IMG/VR virus record: IMGVR_UViG_3300044454_000033
Location: 1 to 36,376 of that record
Source of the DNA: a virus
Lineage: Duplodnaviria > Caudoviricetes
Reading direction: 5' to 3' (one strand)
Length of the DNA: 36,376 nt
Shown here piece by piece: positions 18,501 to 25,339 of the stretch; position 1 is the first letter of the stretch; the number at the start of each line of letters is the position of its first letter. The notes beneath the pieces are model-generated. The model made no database searches, was not told where the DNA came from, and saw only the letters and a program-made list of their open reading frames with translations. The position numbers and the translations under genes were made by a program.

Positions 18501-19465
18501 GTCTCAGCAGCAGTTGAGTCAACCCGGTCAATGGTGTTAAGCGCGTTCTTGTTCTGGTTCTGCTGGCGACGCAGTGACATCGCACCGAACGGTCCAAGGA
18601 ACGCTGTCATCGCCAGCACCGGACCTACCGCCGATGTCGCGGCCTTCCATGGATCAGTGTTGTCGATACCTGCGGCCTTCTCCACGGCGGCTTCGCCGTA
18701 GTTCTGGCCCATTTCCGTGCTGGTCTCAACCGCAGCGGTTTTGGCGAAGTCCTTCGCAAGCGTCGGCAGAAACTGTGGATTGCGCGCAGTCTTGAGCGCG
18801 GCATCGACCGTAAGTTTCTTGCCGAGAAGCGTTGGTACGGCGCTGATGAATTTGCCGCCCACCATCGTACCAACCGTCTCACCAACACCCTCAATCGCCC
18901 CAGTCTTGAAGCCAAGCCTGCGCGCTTCTTCCGGCGTCTTACCCGCCTTGATCGCCTTCTCGTAGGTATCCTGTGCTTGCGACGCGCCAAACAGCGCACC
19001 ACCCGCAGCACCCGCGATCCCCATCGCACCCATGGGGGTAGCGCCTGCAGCGAGCGCCACCGGCACTGCCGCCATCGCCGACAGACTGGGAGCCAACATC
19101 GCCCCACCCTGCGCGAATGCGTTTGTGACGGCGTTATGCGCGTCGGGGTTCAGGTCCTCCGCGTACTGAGCATTCTGCATCTCCGCGTAGTCGCGGAGAC
19201 CTTTACCGGGAAGGTTGAACCACTGCAGTCCTTGTCCCACCATCTTCGGGACTTCGGAGAACACACCCCGCATCACCCCCGCGCCGATCTCGCCTAGCGC
19301 ACCACGTGGTTGATCCTGCAGCTCGATCTGCTTATCCACCATCGCCTGTTGGGCGGGTGTCAGCTTGTCGTACGGGTCAACCTCCGGTTCTACAACCGGC
19401 GCAGGTTTCTTACGCGCAAGCGGAAACGCCGGTAACCCGAGCGTGGAAAGATCGAGACCAGCCAT
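12554..19465 (-). CDS. Giant internal virion/DNA ejection protein (2303 aa) with a zincin-like HEXXH module and a PLxRFG-like C-terminal region
   Basis: TVIHEATH...EEFVAE motif; PYQHLGRSGDYF resembles the PLxRFG signature; Ala/Gly-rich N-terminal helices; position after the adaptor and a smaller ejection gene. Confidence 0.85.
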   Translation of the reverse strand: MAGLDLSTLGLPAFPLARKKPAPVVEPEVDPYDKLTPAQQAMVDKQIELQDQPRGALGEIGAGVMRGVFSEVPKMVGQGLQWFNLPGKGLRDYAEMQNAQYAEDLNPDAHNAVTNAFAQGGAMLAPSLSAMAAVPVALAAGATPMGAMGIAGAAGGALFGASQAQDTYEKAIKAGKTPEEARRLGFKTGAIEGVGETVGTMVGGKFISAVPTLLGKKLTVDAALKTARNPQFLPTLAKDFAKTAAVETSTEMGQNYGEAAVEKAAGIDNTDPWKAATSAVGPVLAMTAFLGPFGAMSLRRQQNQNKNALNTIDRVDSTAAETNAAAAQLAPSIEPLVGKEQFALWRLDRVKNAKWFDEQWNDIGVTQAQQDANQIEADARVAARPTAESVARGYIVNTQPGVLSFADWLKQTPDDGLKLAKGKTTRAGQREAYRLYVDQELAQRGDLASAEQRGVVAPQDQLDLNAEPGSSIPPVEQRPFALEPSPRQGGNIEPVETIPFTPRNDAQGELDLQPVLNRPAGERPSPLWSTQKAEQAATPTAMAQALEAAGVRRGIETQAAYKARLEEVSRSTQQAEAQKARDLAKLAKQPGNQAALELPPVSNPVARAEAERQLAINGNTPITDAGLKNVARVAVTNAGTEYKGQVRKKIEMALSSASGKKMWMQQLVALRKARDAMTENTVSRDAMSAVIDHLTSGTPTLPLPAAQLSQENAHGTPSEVPQGQVGSLFQDPLVNGQGQRNAEAQRNDEGQKQSLLTPAPAAAPGVGEAVSTPLAVESPPVAAPVAKKTQATVQAARAEPRRMSLLAETPQVKVESTGEEVPWGAFSFTAPDGTISYDTPTTAQSKWQLRAKTARAAERARNLAKHYALEEGRNIPVEHQRNVPSSSQFAFEYYNFLPEKGIGNSLNATWTTDFANAVNMAEGKNSAGTRVKFDATEKVQAARDKANATAALEWLKAYDPAEYAAGMERVKQLESIYLRDSVVHAEIERLRKNNKQKHYDAYLAELSDKRGGVVQVSKMSKAEKAAFDAEVDRRTRMDPTLDNLHAELPNYTYSQSLAQELGRGNLDRVLQLLETSAPSEWLRSMAHILRGLSLKSPVRLAGTVARDKDGNRVYGRYHHVNGGISIYLGGENAHTVIHEATHAATVARIAFAKAAEKISWMVRTVEQKAAVASLNELRDLMARIKELNPPSAYAFKNEEEFVAEVLSNDKFQDWLSTQVSQELSLWQRVKNWWNGLFGRTTTEVDSMWEHALRLSIPYLSNSRFAANSALTFEHSVTGAFSQVDLTVGALTKQYERFAADHKFVGQLGEKARSAMLSLSTTFNLAQMIDRVPALRPMVDGVRDFMFADSTKTTMRQNKQLEFSSVLKPLDMLLAKMPRQQAEKMNQRLMQFAGEQSVLNIDLNKNFDENLRRNKELDPELRSYVNQLHAEYMRVDPALRKVLEDSVRVFRKNYIQQTAQTLVGILRTHTESETNISPAVKLLDIQSPDFGKGVNPRPDYYFDAYSADLDKTLRGVFEHLGTEIGEAKSFLGEEVRQVEKLYHLAVANPYQHLGRSGDYFVEFSALPGEVHWQAVQQALASFGKVIGTPNQNRVFMRFEDPARRNAAAAAVKSISEHIEPDTMRAGSLANNDDLYALTKGLPHVAQMLIRRVQAAFPGAQGEELRLFMTKELLNLQPDTSPAKALAQRRGGGIAGYDADFRRSFAKRSIGMSTMLSNAYTMPMYDKAFEKLKDEANRLRNPGSDPNTQDVAQAVVTEFGKRFANSLNPVDSPIIDMMKSGGFNFYLAASPAFVMVNLMQPYHLTLPYLGGRYGFVASAKEMGRSSAKAFGLVQDAVKAGWAAGQAAGGVGGAVHGVLDLTLRLDQSKLSVGEKDMIRALLASGQLDTTQSHELGRLAEGESRTRASVMKGLSAFSHYSEVVNRLTAALTSYNLEVRKEGDSDAKRELASRHAIEAVRATQFDYSDHNTARALGRHGFAGKVTPLLASFQNYSFQVMELMYRMAYDSLRGETAEDRSIARYQLGGVMATTSLIAGTLGLPLASVITRVADAILGSDDEPSDIKTAYRNWLSSVVGKDVGEAIARGIPRAVLGFDTSNRAGLADVLPGSRFFADRRVFKDKVESGALDLLGPAVSAGQDMFVGLGKIADGMLMDGLIQMTPLALRGPIKSVKMGDTGYTTATGNRLPMEVTPWALFVQGVGFTPSVKAEQSEVNFAMRQMEGLLKQRKTVLSNQYFRAAESGEDTTQVLQDVLAFNTQNPQFRIDVGSGMSARAKARAVVDISGTDIATLPRYLPLMERYSYANTK
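17197..17325 (-). CDS. Putative overprinted 42-aa Lys/Met-rich peptide MALPAKFLKGKSAPSSKTPSSMGKGKGMPKPSAMMKGKSKAC in an alternative frame of the giant gene
   Basis: CAGGAGA RBS at 17332-17338 before ATG 17325; phage-like AAG/GGC/TTC/CTC codons in this frame while the host frame switches to CAA/GAA/AAT. Confidence 0.6.
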   Translation of the reverse strand: MALPAKFLKGKSAPSSKTPSSMGKGKGMPKPSAMMKGKSKAC

Positions 19466-20547
19466 TACTTATTCCCATAGATCGCGGTAGCAGCGGCGTT
19501 CTTCTTGTCTTTCTTAGACGCCGCGTCTATGTCTTTCTGCGAATAGAACGTGAGCTTCCCATCCGGCCCGATATGTACACCGCCACCATTCATCGGGTTG
19601 AAATCGAACTTACCGACCGGCGGGATGCGCGGCTGCGTAGCACTGAACGCTGCCGTCGTATCGTGAACCGCGCCAATATCGCCTTCAGCAAGCCCCGCCG
19701 CCTGCTGTTCGCCACGCAGGATGTCGCTCAGATGGATTCGCTGCATCGCCTGCGTTGCATTCGCGTGCGTCGCCGCCGTCGAGTCGATACCGTACCGCTG
19801 CGTGGAATCGTGCATTTTGGCGATGTTGCCCTGAACGTCCTGTCCACGCTGCTGCGTGTAGTCACCCATCATGGCGAGCGGCACTTCGTTCGCGGCGCGC
19901 AGCGCCGACGACTGCGCGCCCAGCATGTTGGCTTGCGCGTTCGCCGCACCCACGCGCGTGTTGCCCATCGCGGCCTCGCTTAACATCATCCGGTCGCGCA
20001 TCTTGGCGAGCTGGCGACCACGCCAGTTATCAACCATGGAGCGTGACGACAGAAGCGCGTTCGAGCGTGTGTACAAGTCCTGCATCTGCGACGAGATGCC
20101 GGGCGAGAATAGGCCGTTTCCACCACCGCCGCTGACACCACTCTGCACCGTGTTGAAGTCGCTGCCACCACCCTGCGGAAACTGCGCGAACTGAATGTTC
20201 GGTCGCTGCGCAGATGGCACTACGTCCGCGCCCTGTGGTTCCGCACCCGGATAGGTTGAGTCCTGATACACCGTCTTGACGCTGCCGTTCGGCATATTCT
20301 GCTGCGACTGCGCGAGTTCGGTTGGGTAGTTGGGGCGATTCAGCGCCGGGTTATCTGCCGTAGGCGCATCAGCCGTCGTATCCATCGCCGTCGCAACTGC
20401 GTTGCGTGTTGACGACGGTACGGTAGAAAACCCAGTGTTCTGCAGCATGGCCCGCATTTGCATGTCCAGCGGAACCGGCGTGTCCTTACTCTTGCCGTAC
20501 ACCACTTCCGACATCGAAGGGAATCGTTCGTGTGTGTAGCCAGCCAT
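19465..20547 (-). CDS. Internal virion/ejection protein (360 aa)
   Basis: Gln/Ala/Met-rich with a QQRGQD motif; TAATG-coupled to the giant ejection gene. Confidence 0.65.
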   Translation of the reverse strand: MAGYTHERFPSMSEVVYGKSKDTPVPLDMQMRAMLQNTGFSTVPSSTRNAVATAMDTTADAPTADNPALNRPNYPTELAQSQQNMPNGSVKTVYQDSTYPGAEPQGADVVPSAQRPNIQFAQFPQGGGSDFNTVQSGVSGGGGNGLFSPGISSQMQDLYTRSNALLSSRSMVDNWRGRQLAKMRDRMMLSEAAMGNTRVGAANAQANMLGAQSSALRAANEVPLAMMGDYTQQRGQDVQGNIAKMHDSTQRYGIDSTAATHANATQAMQRIHLSDILRGEQQAAGLAEGDIGAVHDTTAAFSATQPRIPPVGKFDFNPMNGGGVHIGPDGKLTFYSQKDIDAASKKDKKNAAATAIYGNK

Positions 20548-20549
20548 GA

Positions 20550-21305
20550 TTAGCTATCCCAAGCAAAACCGTTGTCGCCGAAACGCCATGTCATTGGCGC
20601 GAACATTTTGCGGCGCATGTCCTTCAGAACCTCTGCGACCGCATCCTTGAAGCGAGTCTCGTGTTTCTCGGCTGCTTCCTTGTGCCCATCGATGTCGGAG
20701 TTGCGCAACGCGCGATACGCCGCCCACTCCAGCATGTCGAGCTGGTATTCGACTGGCAGCTCACATTCAAGCGCCAGCTTGGAGATAGAAAACAACTCCA
20801 GCGGTTTACGTGCCACGCGCAGGTAGATCGTCTTACCGTCCTCGGTCGCCGACGGCGCAGGCCACACCTTCAGATTGACCCCACCTGCGACATCCACGCT
20901 CACCGTCTCGTCGGTGTTGAACGCACGAGGACGACCGGGGTTCAGTTGCGAAACCGTGGATGGGTCGAACCATGGCGGGTCGTTGACCGGCGAAGAATTG
21001 ACGAGCGACCGCCCGATCCGCTGCAGATCGAAATTGTCGGTGTCGTACTTCGCTGACACAACCGACAAGACTGATTCGTGGAGATCGTACGTGGAAACGC
21101 CAGCCGCCAAGGTGACTTCAACCACCTCTGGCGTACTGGCGTCCCGCAGCGCGAGCGTCTGACGCGAGAACCGCTGATACGCGTCGTTGATGTAGCGGAT
21201 TAGCGTGTCATCGGACCAAAGCTGATCATCGGGACCCGAAGCTAGAACCGCATCATCGCGCAGTACGTTCCCCCGAAGCTCGCCGAGCAAGGCTTCGAGG
21301 TTCAT
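20550..21305 (-). CDS. Head-tail adaptor protein (251 aa)
   Basis: LR..VL.D...LWSDDTLIRYINDA...VTL.AGVSTY.L...VWPAP...ELP.EYQ..MLEWAAYRA pattern typical of podovirus adaptors. Confidence 0.8.
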   Translation of the reverse strand: MNLEALLGELRGNVLRDDAVLASGPDDQLWSDDTLIRYINDAYQRFSRQTLALRDASTPEVVEVTLAAGVSTYDLHESVLSVVSAKYDTDNFDLQRIGRSLVNSSPVNDPPWFDPSTVSQLNPGRPRAFNTDETVSVDVAGGVNLKVWPAPSATEDGKTIYLRVARKPLELFSISKLALECELPVEYQLDMLEWAAYRALRNSDIDGHKEAAEKHETRFKDAVAEVLKDMRRKMFAPMTWRFGDNGFAWDS

Positions 21306-21308
21306 GAT

Positions 21309-21674
21309 TTACGCCGCCGCGAGCTGCACAATACGGTACGGAAACCGCAGTTTCTGTCGATACCCGACGATCTGCTTCGTGACCGGATCGACGTTCGGCA
21401 CAGACATCACCGCGTCGTTCAGCACGTTCACGAGGCCCATGGGCACCTCGCACGCTTCGCCGGGTCGCAGAATCCACGTACGCCCGTTAAGCGCGATGAA
21501 CTGACCAGTCGGCGGGATGTTGTCGTTCTCTTCGAGCGCGATGGTCATCGTGGCTTCTTTGAGCACGGGAACTGCACCCGGCTGATCGATGAGTTCCGAT
21601 TTCTTGCCGCGCGGCTTCAGCGCCTGCACTTCGTCGTCACTGGCGAGCAATTCGCCGATGTCTTTCTTGGCCAT
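21309..21674 (-). CDS. Conserved hypothetical protein of the head module (121 aa, MAKKDIGELL...)
   Basis: GAGAAGGA RBS before ATG 21674; PPTGQFIALNG..WILRPGE..EVP...VLNDAV motif I recall near N4-gp56-type capsid genes. Confidence 0.75.
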   Translation of the reverse strand: MAKKDIGELLASDDEVQALKPRGKKSELIDQPGAVPVLKEATMTIALEENDNIPPTGQFIALNGRTWILRPGEACEVPMGLVNVLNDAVMSVPNVDPVTKQIVGYRQKLRFPYRIVQLAAA

Positions 21675-21675
21675 G

Positions 21676-21918
21676 TCAATCCTTCTCGTTGGTGGCACGT
21701 GCGAACTCGGTCCCCATATCCTCGTCGGGCGGTTCCAACCCATCGAGATGCTGCGTCACGAACGCCGAGGCTTCAGCCGCCGTTGCGAACGCGTACTCCT
21801 TCCACGGGTCCTTCCATGGAGTCTTGGGGTTCTTGTTGGCCTTCTGAACGGCGGCGTCGGGAATCTCGACGGTGTACCCGTTCGTCAACTTCTCGATACG
21901 ACAGACAGTCTCGCTCAT
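21676..21918 (-). CDS. Hypothetical protein (80 aa)
   Basis: AAAGGGAGAG RBS; tight packing; RIEKLTNGYTVE start. Confidence 0.75.
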   Translation of the reverse strand: MSETVCRIEKLTNGYTVEIPDAAVQKANKNPKTPWKDPWKEYAFATAAEASAFVTQHLDGLEPPDEDMGTEFARATNEKD

Positions 21919-21936
21919 GACTCTCCCTTTCAGGTT

Positions 21937-21956
21937 GAGGGGGCCGAAGCCCCCTC
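21937..21956 (-). other. GC-rich RNA stem-loop GAGGGGGC-UUCG-GCCCCCUC without a U tract (stabiliser or weak terminator after the head genes)
   Basis: Perfect 8-bp stem with a C(UUCG)G tetraloop on the transcribed strand; intergenic. Confidence 0.65.
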
Positions 21957-21973
21957 CCCCTAACGCCGAGCGA

Positions 21974-22318
21974 TTAGGCGATGGCTTCCCACGCGAACGT
22001 CTTGGACGCGAGAATGATCGTCGCCGGAATCGTCACCTGCCCGCCAGTGCCGAGCGCCGCAGTGCCCATGGTAACGCCTTCCGTCGTTTCCAACGTACGC
22101 GTACCCGCAGCGGCGGTTTTCACCGCGCCGGGATTCGTCATGCCGGTGTACCACTCGTACGTGATCCGGTCGGTGATGTTGACGACACGAAACACGCGCG
22201 GAAGAAACCCGACGTTCAGCGTAACGGAGACTGCCCCGCCAGCATCGTTCACCAGCAAACCGCTGCTGTGATTGACGACACCTGCGGAAACTTCTTGGGT
22301 GTTGGTCGTGAGAGCCAT
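21974..22318 (-). CDS. Small virion protein, probable head decoration/cement (114 aa)
   Basis: AAGGA RBS; Thr/Gly/Ala-rich, beta-type; GF.PR.FRV.N.TDR..YEW..GM motif; downstream of the capsid gene. Confidence 0.7.
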   Translation of the reverse strand: MALTTNTQEVSAGVVNHSSGLLVNDAGGAVSVTLNVGFLPRVFRVVNITDRITYEWYTGMTNPGAVKTAAAGTRTLETTEGVTMGTAALGTGGQVTIPATIILASKTFAWEAIA

Positions 22319-22349
22319 GGTGGTTCCTTGTCAGAAAAGATAGGTGGAA

Positions 22350-22961
22350 CTACGTGCGAATCCAGTTGATCGTGATGACGCCGTTGATGAGCAGCGACGC
22401 ATCCGCATCAACGTCGCCCGCCGTAACGCAAGCAGCATTGAAGAAGGCGTCGATAGCCGTGCTCGAACCGTCAAGCACCGTCAGATTCGCGGCACCGTAC
22501 GCCCGCACTGGTGTAGGACCAGCGCCAGTTGTCGCGCTCGACGTGAAGGCGGTCACCTGAACGATGTCCTGTTCCGTCGTCGCCAGCGTTGCACTCGCCT
22601 GCGTTGTCGAACCCACACCGAAATTCCCGGTGATGCTTGCGTTCAACGTAGTCGCAACATCCGACGCAGTAACGATCTGCAAGTTCTCGACTGAAGCTCC
22701 CAACCGGATCAGTTTACCCTTCGGGAAGGTGTACACCTTGACACCACCCCCCTGCTGAGTATCCCGAAACGTCAGGGGCATGTTCTTCATCGTCAGGACA
22801 GTCGTGTGGACCCCTCCTGCCGCCGGGGAGCCATACTCCTGCGCGGTCAATCCAGCGACGACGGGAAGCGTCCCCGCAGAATCGAGGCCGGTGAGCAGCA
22901 GCTTCTCCATGATCGCCTTTTCTTCAGGCGAGAGCAGTGATGCTTGGATAAATCCGGTCAT
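22350..22961 (-). CDS. Virion structural protein, probable capsid decoration/spike (203 aa)
   Basis: AAGGAG RBS; beta-rich; immediately after the major capsid gene. Confidence 0.65.
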   Translation of the reverse strand: MTGFIQASLLSPEEKAIMEKLLLTGLDSAGTLPVVAGLTAQEYGSPAAGGVHTTVLTMKNMPLTFRDTQQGGGVKVYTFPKGKLIRLGASVENLQIVTASDVATTLNASITGNFGVGSTTQASATLATTEQDIVQVTAFTSSATTGAGPTPVRAYGAANLTVLDGSSTAIDAFFNAACVTAGDVDADASLLINGVITINWIRT

Positions 22962-23019
22962 ATCAATCTCCTTGGTTTAGAGGGGGACTTACGCTTACGC
23001 CGCCCCGCCCCTAGATTGA

Positions 23020-24075
23020 TTAGGCCGTCGCGCCGACTTCAGCACGCACGAGATACGCATCCTGCAGGATGATGGCCGACTGCCACGCCTTCCAACCCAC
23101 CGTGCCACGTTGTGCGAGCGGGTCCCCAGCCGCCGGTTTCGGATTCACGACCATGGGGGTCAGCGAGTCCTTGCCCTTCAGCGGAACGATGCCGTACGCG
23201 TCGCGTGCGATGAACAGGATCGGGTACACGTCGGCGTTGGTACCGCCGGTAGACCGCATGGCGAGCTTCAACCCGCCCGCATCCGTCCACGGTGTGAAAA
23301 TCGTGCTGGTCAGGTAACGCACGCGCTCGACCGCACCGATCTCGTTCTCGTACGGCGTGGTCGTGCCGTACTGCTTCGGATTGATGTAGCCCGCCATGCT
23401 GCGGATGTCGGTTTCCAGATCGGGATGGCACAGCGCGATGAACGCGCCTTCGACCGGCTCCGTCCGATAGTCGGGAGTGGACTTCACTACCGACGTAATC
23501 ATCTTGCCGTTCTGGCGCAGGATGCTCGTCGTGATCGACCGTTGCAGGTTCAGCGTAATCGTCGTGTTGACCGCACCACGCGTCGAGCCGTTGCCGTAGA
23601 ACACGTTCGTCCCGGCCTTCAGGATGTTGAAGCGCACCGTCTCGATGGTCATCGAGGCTTGTTCCGCCATGATGGCCGTCGCTTCACGCAGCACCGGGTC
23701 CTCGTGCGTGTCCATCACCACGTCGGTGATCGTCACGTAGTCGCCGTACTGATTCAGCGTGACGGTGTAATCCACGCTGTTCATGCGGTTGCCAGCGGGC
23801 GTCACGCCTTCGACCAGCGGCGTCAGCGCCAGCGGGGTGTAGAACGGGTTCTGCACGCCATTGACCGCCGAGAACGAGTTGCCCGCGTTGGCACCTGTCG
23901 TACCGATCAGGAAGTAGCGGCGGAACTTCGCGGTCTTGGTGCTGTTGGTCGGGATCGGATAGTTCTGGCCGAACTTCTCGATCACCATGTACGGCATCGC
24001 TCGCGTGAGCAGTTCCTTGATGACGTACGCTGCGGTACGGGGCGAGATGTCGCCATAGTTGACTTGCTGGGCCAT
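23020..24075 (-). CDS. Major capsid protein, N4-gp56 family (351 aa)
   Basis: YGDISPRTA, EKFGQ..PIP.N..KT.KFRRY, EGVTP, QYGD, HPDLE.DIR, EIGAVERVR, DVYPIL, DPLAQRGTVGWK motifs; GAGGA RBS. Confidence 0.95.
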   Translation of the reverse strand: MAQQVNYGDISPRTAAYVIKELLTRAMPYMVIEKFGQNYPIPTNSTKTAKFRRYFLIGTTGANAGNSFSAVNGVQNPFYTPLALTPLVEGVTPAGNRMNSVDYTVTLNQYGDYVTITDVVMDTHEDPVLREATAIMAEQASMTIETVRFNILKAGTNVFYGNGSTRGAVNTTITLNLQRSITTSILRQNGKMITSVVKSTPDYRTEPVEGAFIALCHPDLETDIRSMAGYINPKQYGTTTPYENEIGAVERVRYLTSTIFTPWTDAGGLKLAMRSTGGTNADVYPILFIARDAYGIVPLKGKDSLTPMVVNPKPAAGDPLAQRGTVGWKAWQSAIILQDAYLVRAEVGATA

Positions 24076-24100
24076 GATGTTTCCTCGTTAGGTTGAGTCG

Positions 24101-25072
24101 TTACTTGCCGACAGCTTCTTCCCACGCCCCATCGAAATCGTCGGGATCACTGCCTTGGGGGGTAGCTGCAGATCGTTTGGAATCGACCACACCGAGCGCC
24201 TTGGCCGCTTTCTTGGCTGTCGCTGAGAGTTCGGTCACTGCTGGTGTTGCTGGCGTGGCTGCGGGCGTCGTAACCACGACCTTGGGTTTGCTCAAGCCCT
24301 TCGCCGACTTGTACTCCGAGATCAAGTCGATCACATCCTGCGGCTCGCCTTCCGCGATGACGCCCTGCGCGAGCTTCTTGCGGTAGCCCGTCAGGCTATC
24401 CGCCCAGCCCACTACATCTTCGTACATCGCATCGTTGTAGTCGTTGTGCACCTCGCGTATCGCAGCGAGTGTCGTCGTGTCGCCCACGGTCTCGGCGGCT
24501 TGCACACCGCGCTCGACCAGCGGCCCGTACACGCGCGCAACCTCGTTGAAGATGTGCGTCACGAGCTGCTGGTACTCGGCGCGACGCAGCAGCGCCTCGC
24601 CCTTCGACACATCCGGCCACTCCTTCTGGTACGCCGTCAGGAACTCCTTCTCATCCGGCGCGTAGATTTCACGCGGCGGTCCCTGATCCGGGGGCGGCGT
24701 CTCCACCGGGGGCGGGGCTTCAGCCGCCGGGGGTGTGGCAGTCTTGGCTTCCAGCGCCGCGAGACGATCCCGCAGCTCCGTGTCTTCGGCGGGCGGCGTC
24801 TCGGCGGGCGGCGTCTCGGCGGGCGGCGTCTCGGCGGGCGGCGTCTCGGCGGGCGGCGTCTCGGCGGGCGGCGTCTCGTCCTTCGGCTTGACCGGGACTA
24901 CGCCCGGCTTGAAGTCGGCCTTCGGTTCAACCGGCGGGGTTGTAACCTCCGCTGGGGGCGTTTCACCCTCCGGGGTTGACGGATCGAGCAGCGTGTCGAA
25001 CACCGACGACATTGCGTCGTAGGAGTTTTCCGGTTCTGCCGGGACCGCCGGAACTGCTGGTTTGTCTGCCAT
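24101..25072 (-). CDS. Capsid scaffolding protein (323 aa)
   Basis: Acidic Pro-rich N-half, helical C-half, C-terminal DDFDGAWEEA; located between portal and capsid genes. Confidence 0.8.
   Translation of the reverse strand: MADKPAVPAVPAEPENSYDAMSSVFDTLLDPSTPEGETPPAEVTTPPVEPKADFKPGVVPVKPKDETPPAETPPAETPPAETPPAETPPAETPPAEDTELRDRLAALEAKTATPPAAEAPPPVETPPPDQGPPREIYAPDEKEFLTAYQKEWPDVSKGEALLRRAEYQQLVTHIFNEVARVYGPLVERGVQAAETVGDTTTLAAIREVHNDYNDAMYEDVVGWADSLTGYRKKLAQGVIAEGEPQDVIDLISEYKSAKGLSKPKVVVTTPAATPATPAVTELSATAKKAAKALGVVDSKRSAATPQGSDPDDFDGAWEEAVGK
24786..24875. repeat. Six exact 15-bp tandem repeats TCGGCGGGCGGCGTC encoding (ETPPA)x6
   Basis: Counted directly in the sequence. Confidence 0.95.
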
Positions 25073-25080
25073 GAGGTAGC

Positions 25081-25110
25081 CTTATAGATTAGTTGGTACG
25101 TCGTTGTCAA
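25081..25110 (-). promoter_or_regulatory. sigma70-type internal promoter TTGACA-N18-TATAAG for the scaffold/capsid genes
   Basis: TGTCAA at 25105-25110 and CTTATA at 25081-25086 on the plus strand. The -10 box is 8 nt from the scaffold ATG, which has no obvious RBS (near-leaderless). Confidence 0.6.
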
Positions 25111-25339
25111 ACCTTGTAGGTTGTGGCAGAGGACGCTCTGTTAGATATTTAAGTATGCGCCGTATCGCACGCCCCTCTCCCTGCAGCGCATCCACTTCGG
25201 TTGACGGCGCATCGAGCAGCCGTGACTTGATGCGCTCCAAGTCAAGGCTGCATATCCCTTCGAGGGCCATCCCCACAGGTTCGCTTCGAGCTGAACGGAG
25301 TATGTCGCGCAGCTCTACTTCACGATCTCTAGTGCTCAC
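25082..25339 (-). CDS. Small helical protein downstream of the portal (85 aa)
   Basis: GTGA coupling to the portal stop, AAAGGAGGT RBS; LQGE..AIRRIL motif typical of post-portal proteins. Confidence 0.75.
   Translation of the reverse strand: MSTRDREVELRDILRSARSEPVGMALEGICSLDLERIKSRLLDAPSTEVDALQGEGRAIRRILKYLTERPLPQPTRFDNDVPTNL
25110..25122. promoter_or_regulatory. Operator-like palindrome AACCT-TGT-AGGTT abutting the -35 box
   Basis: Perfect AACCT-N3-AGGTT, as at 30480 and 33307. Confidence 0.65.

Noticed and set aside
12554-19465. Giant ORF as an N4-type virion RNA polymerase, given the N4-gp56-type capsid
   Set aside because: No polymerase motifs recognised; shorter than N4 vRNAP; has PLxRFG-like and HEXXH features; early promoters are sigma70-type.
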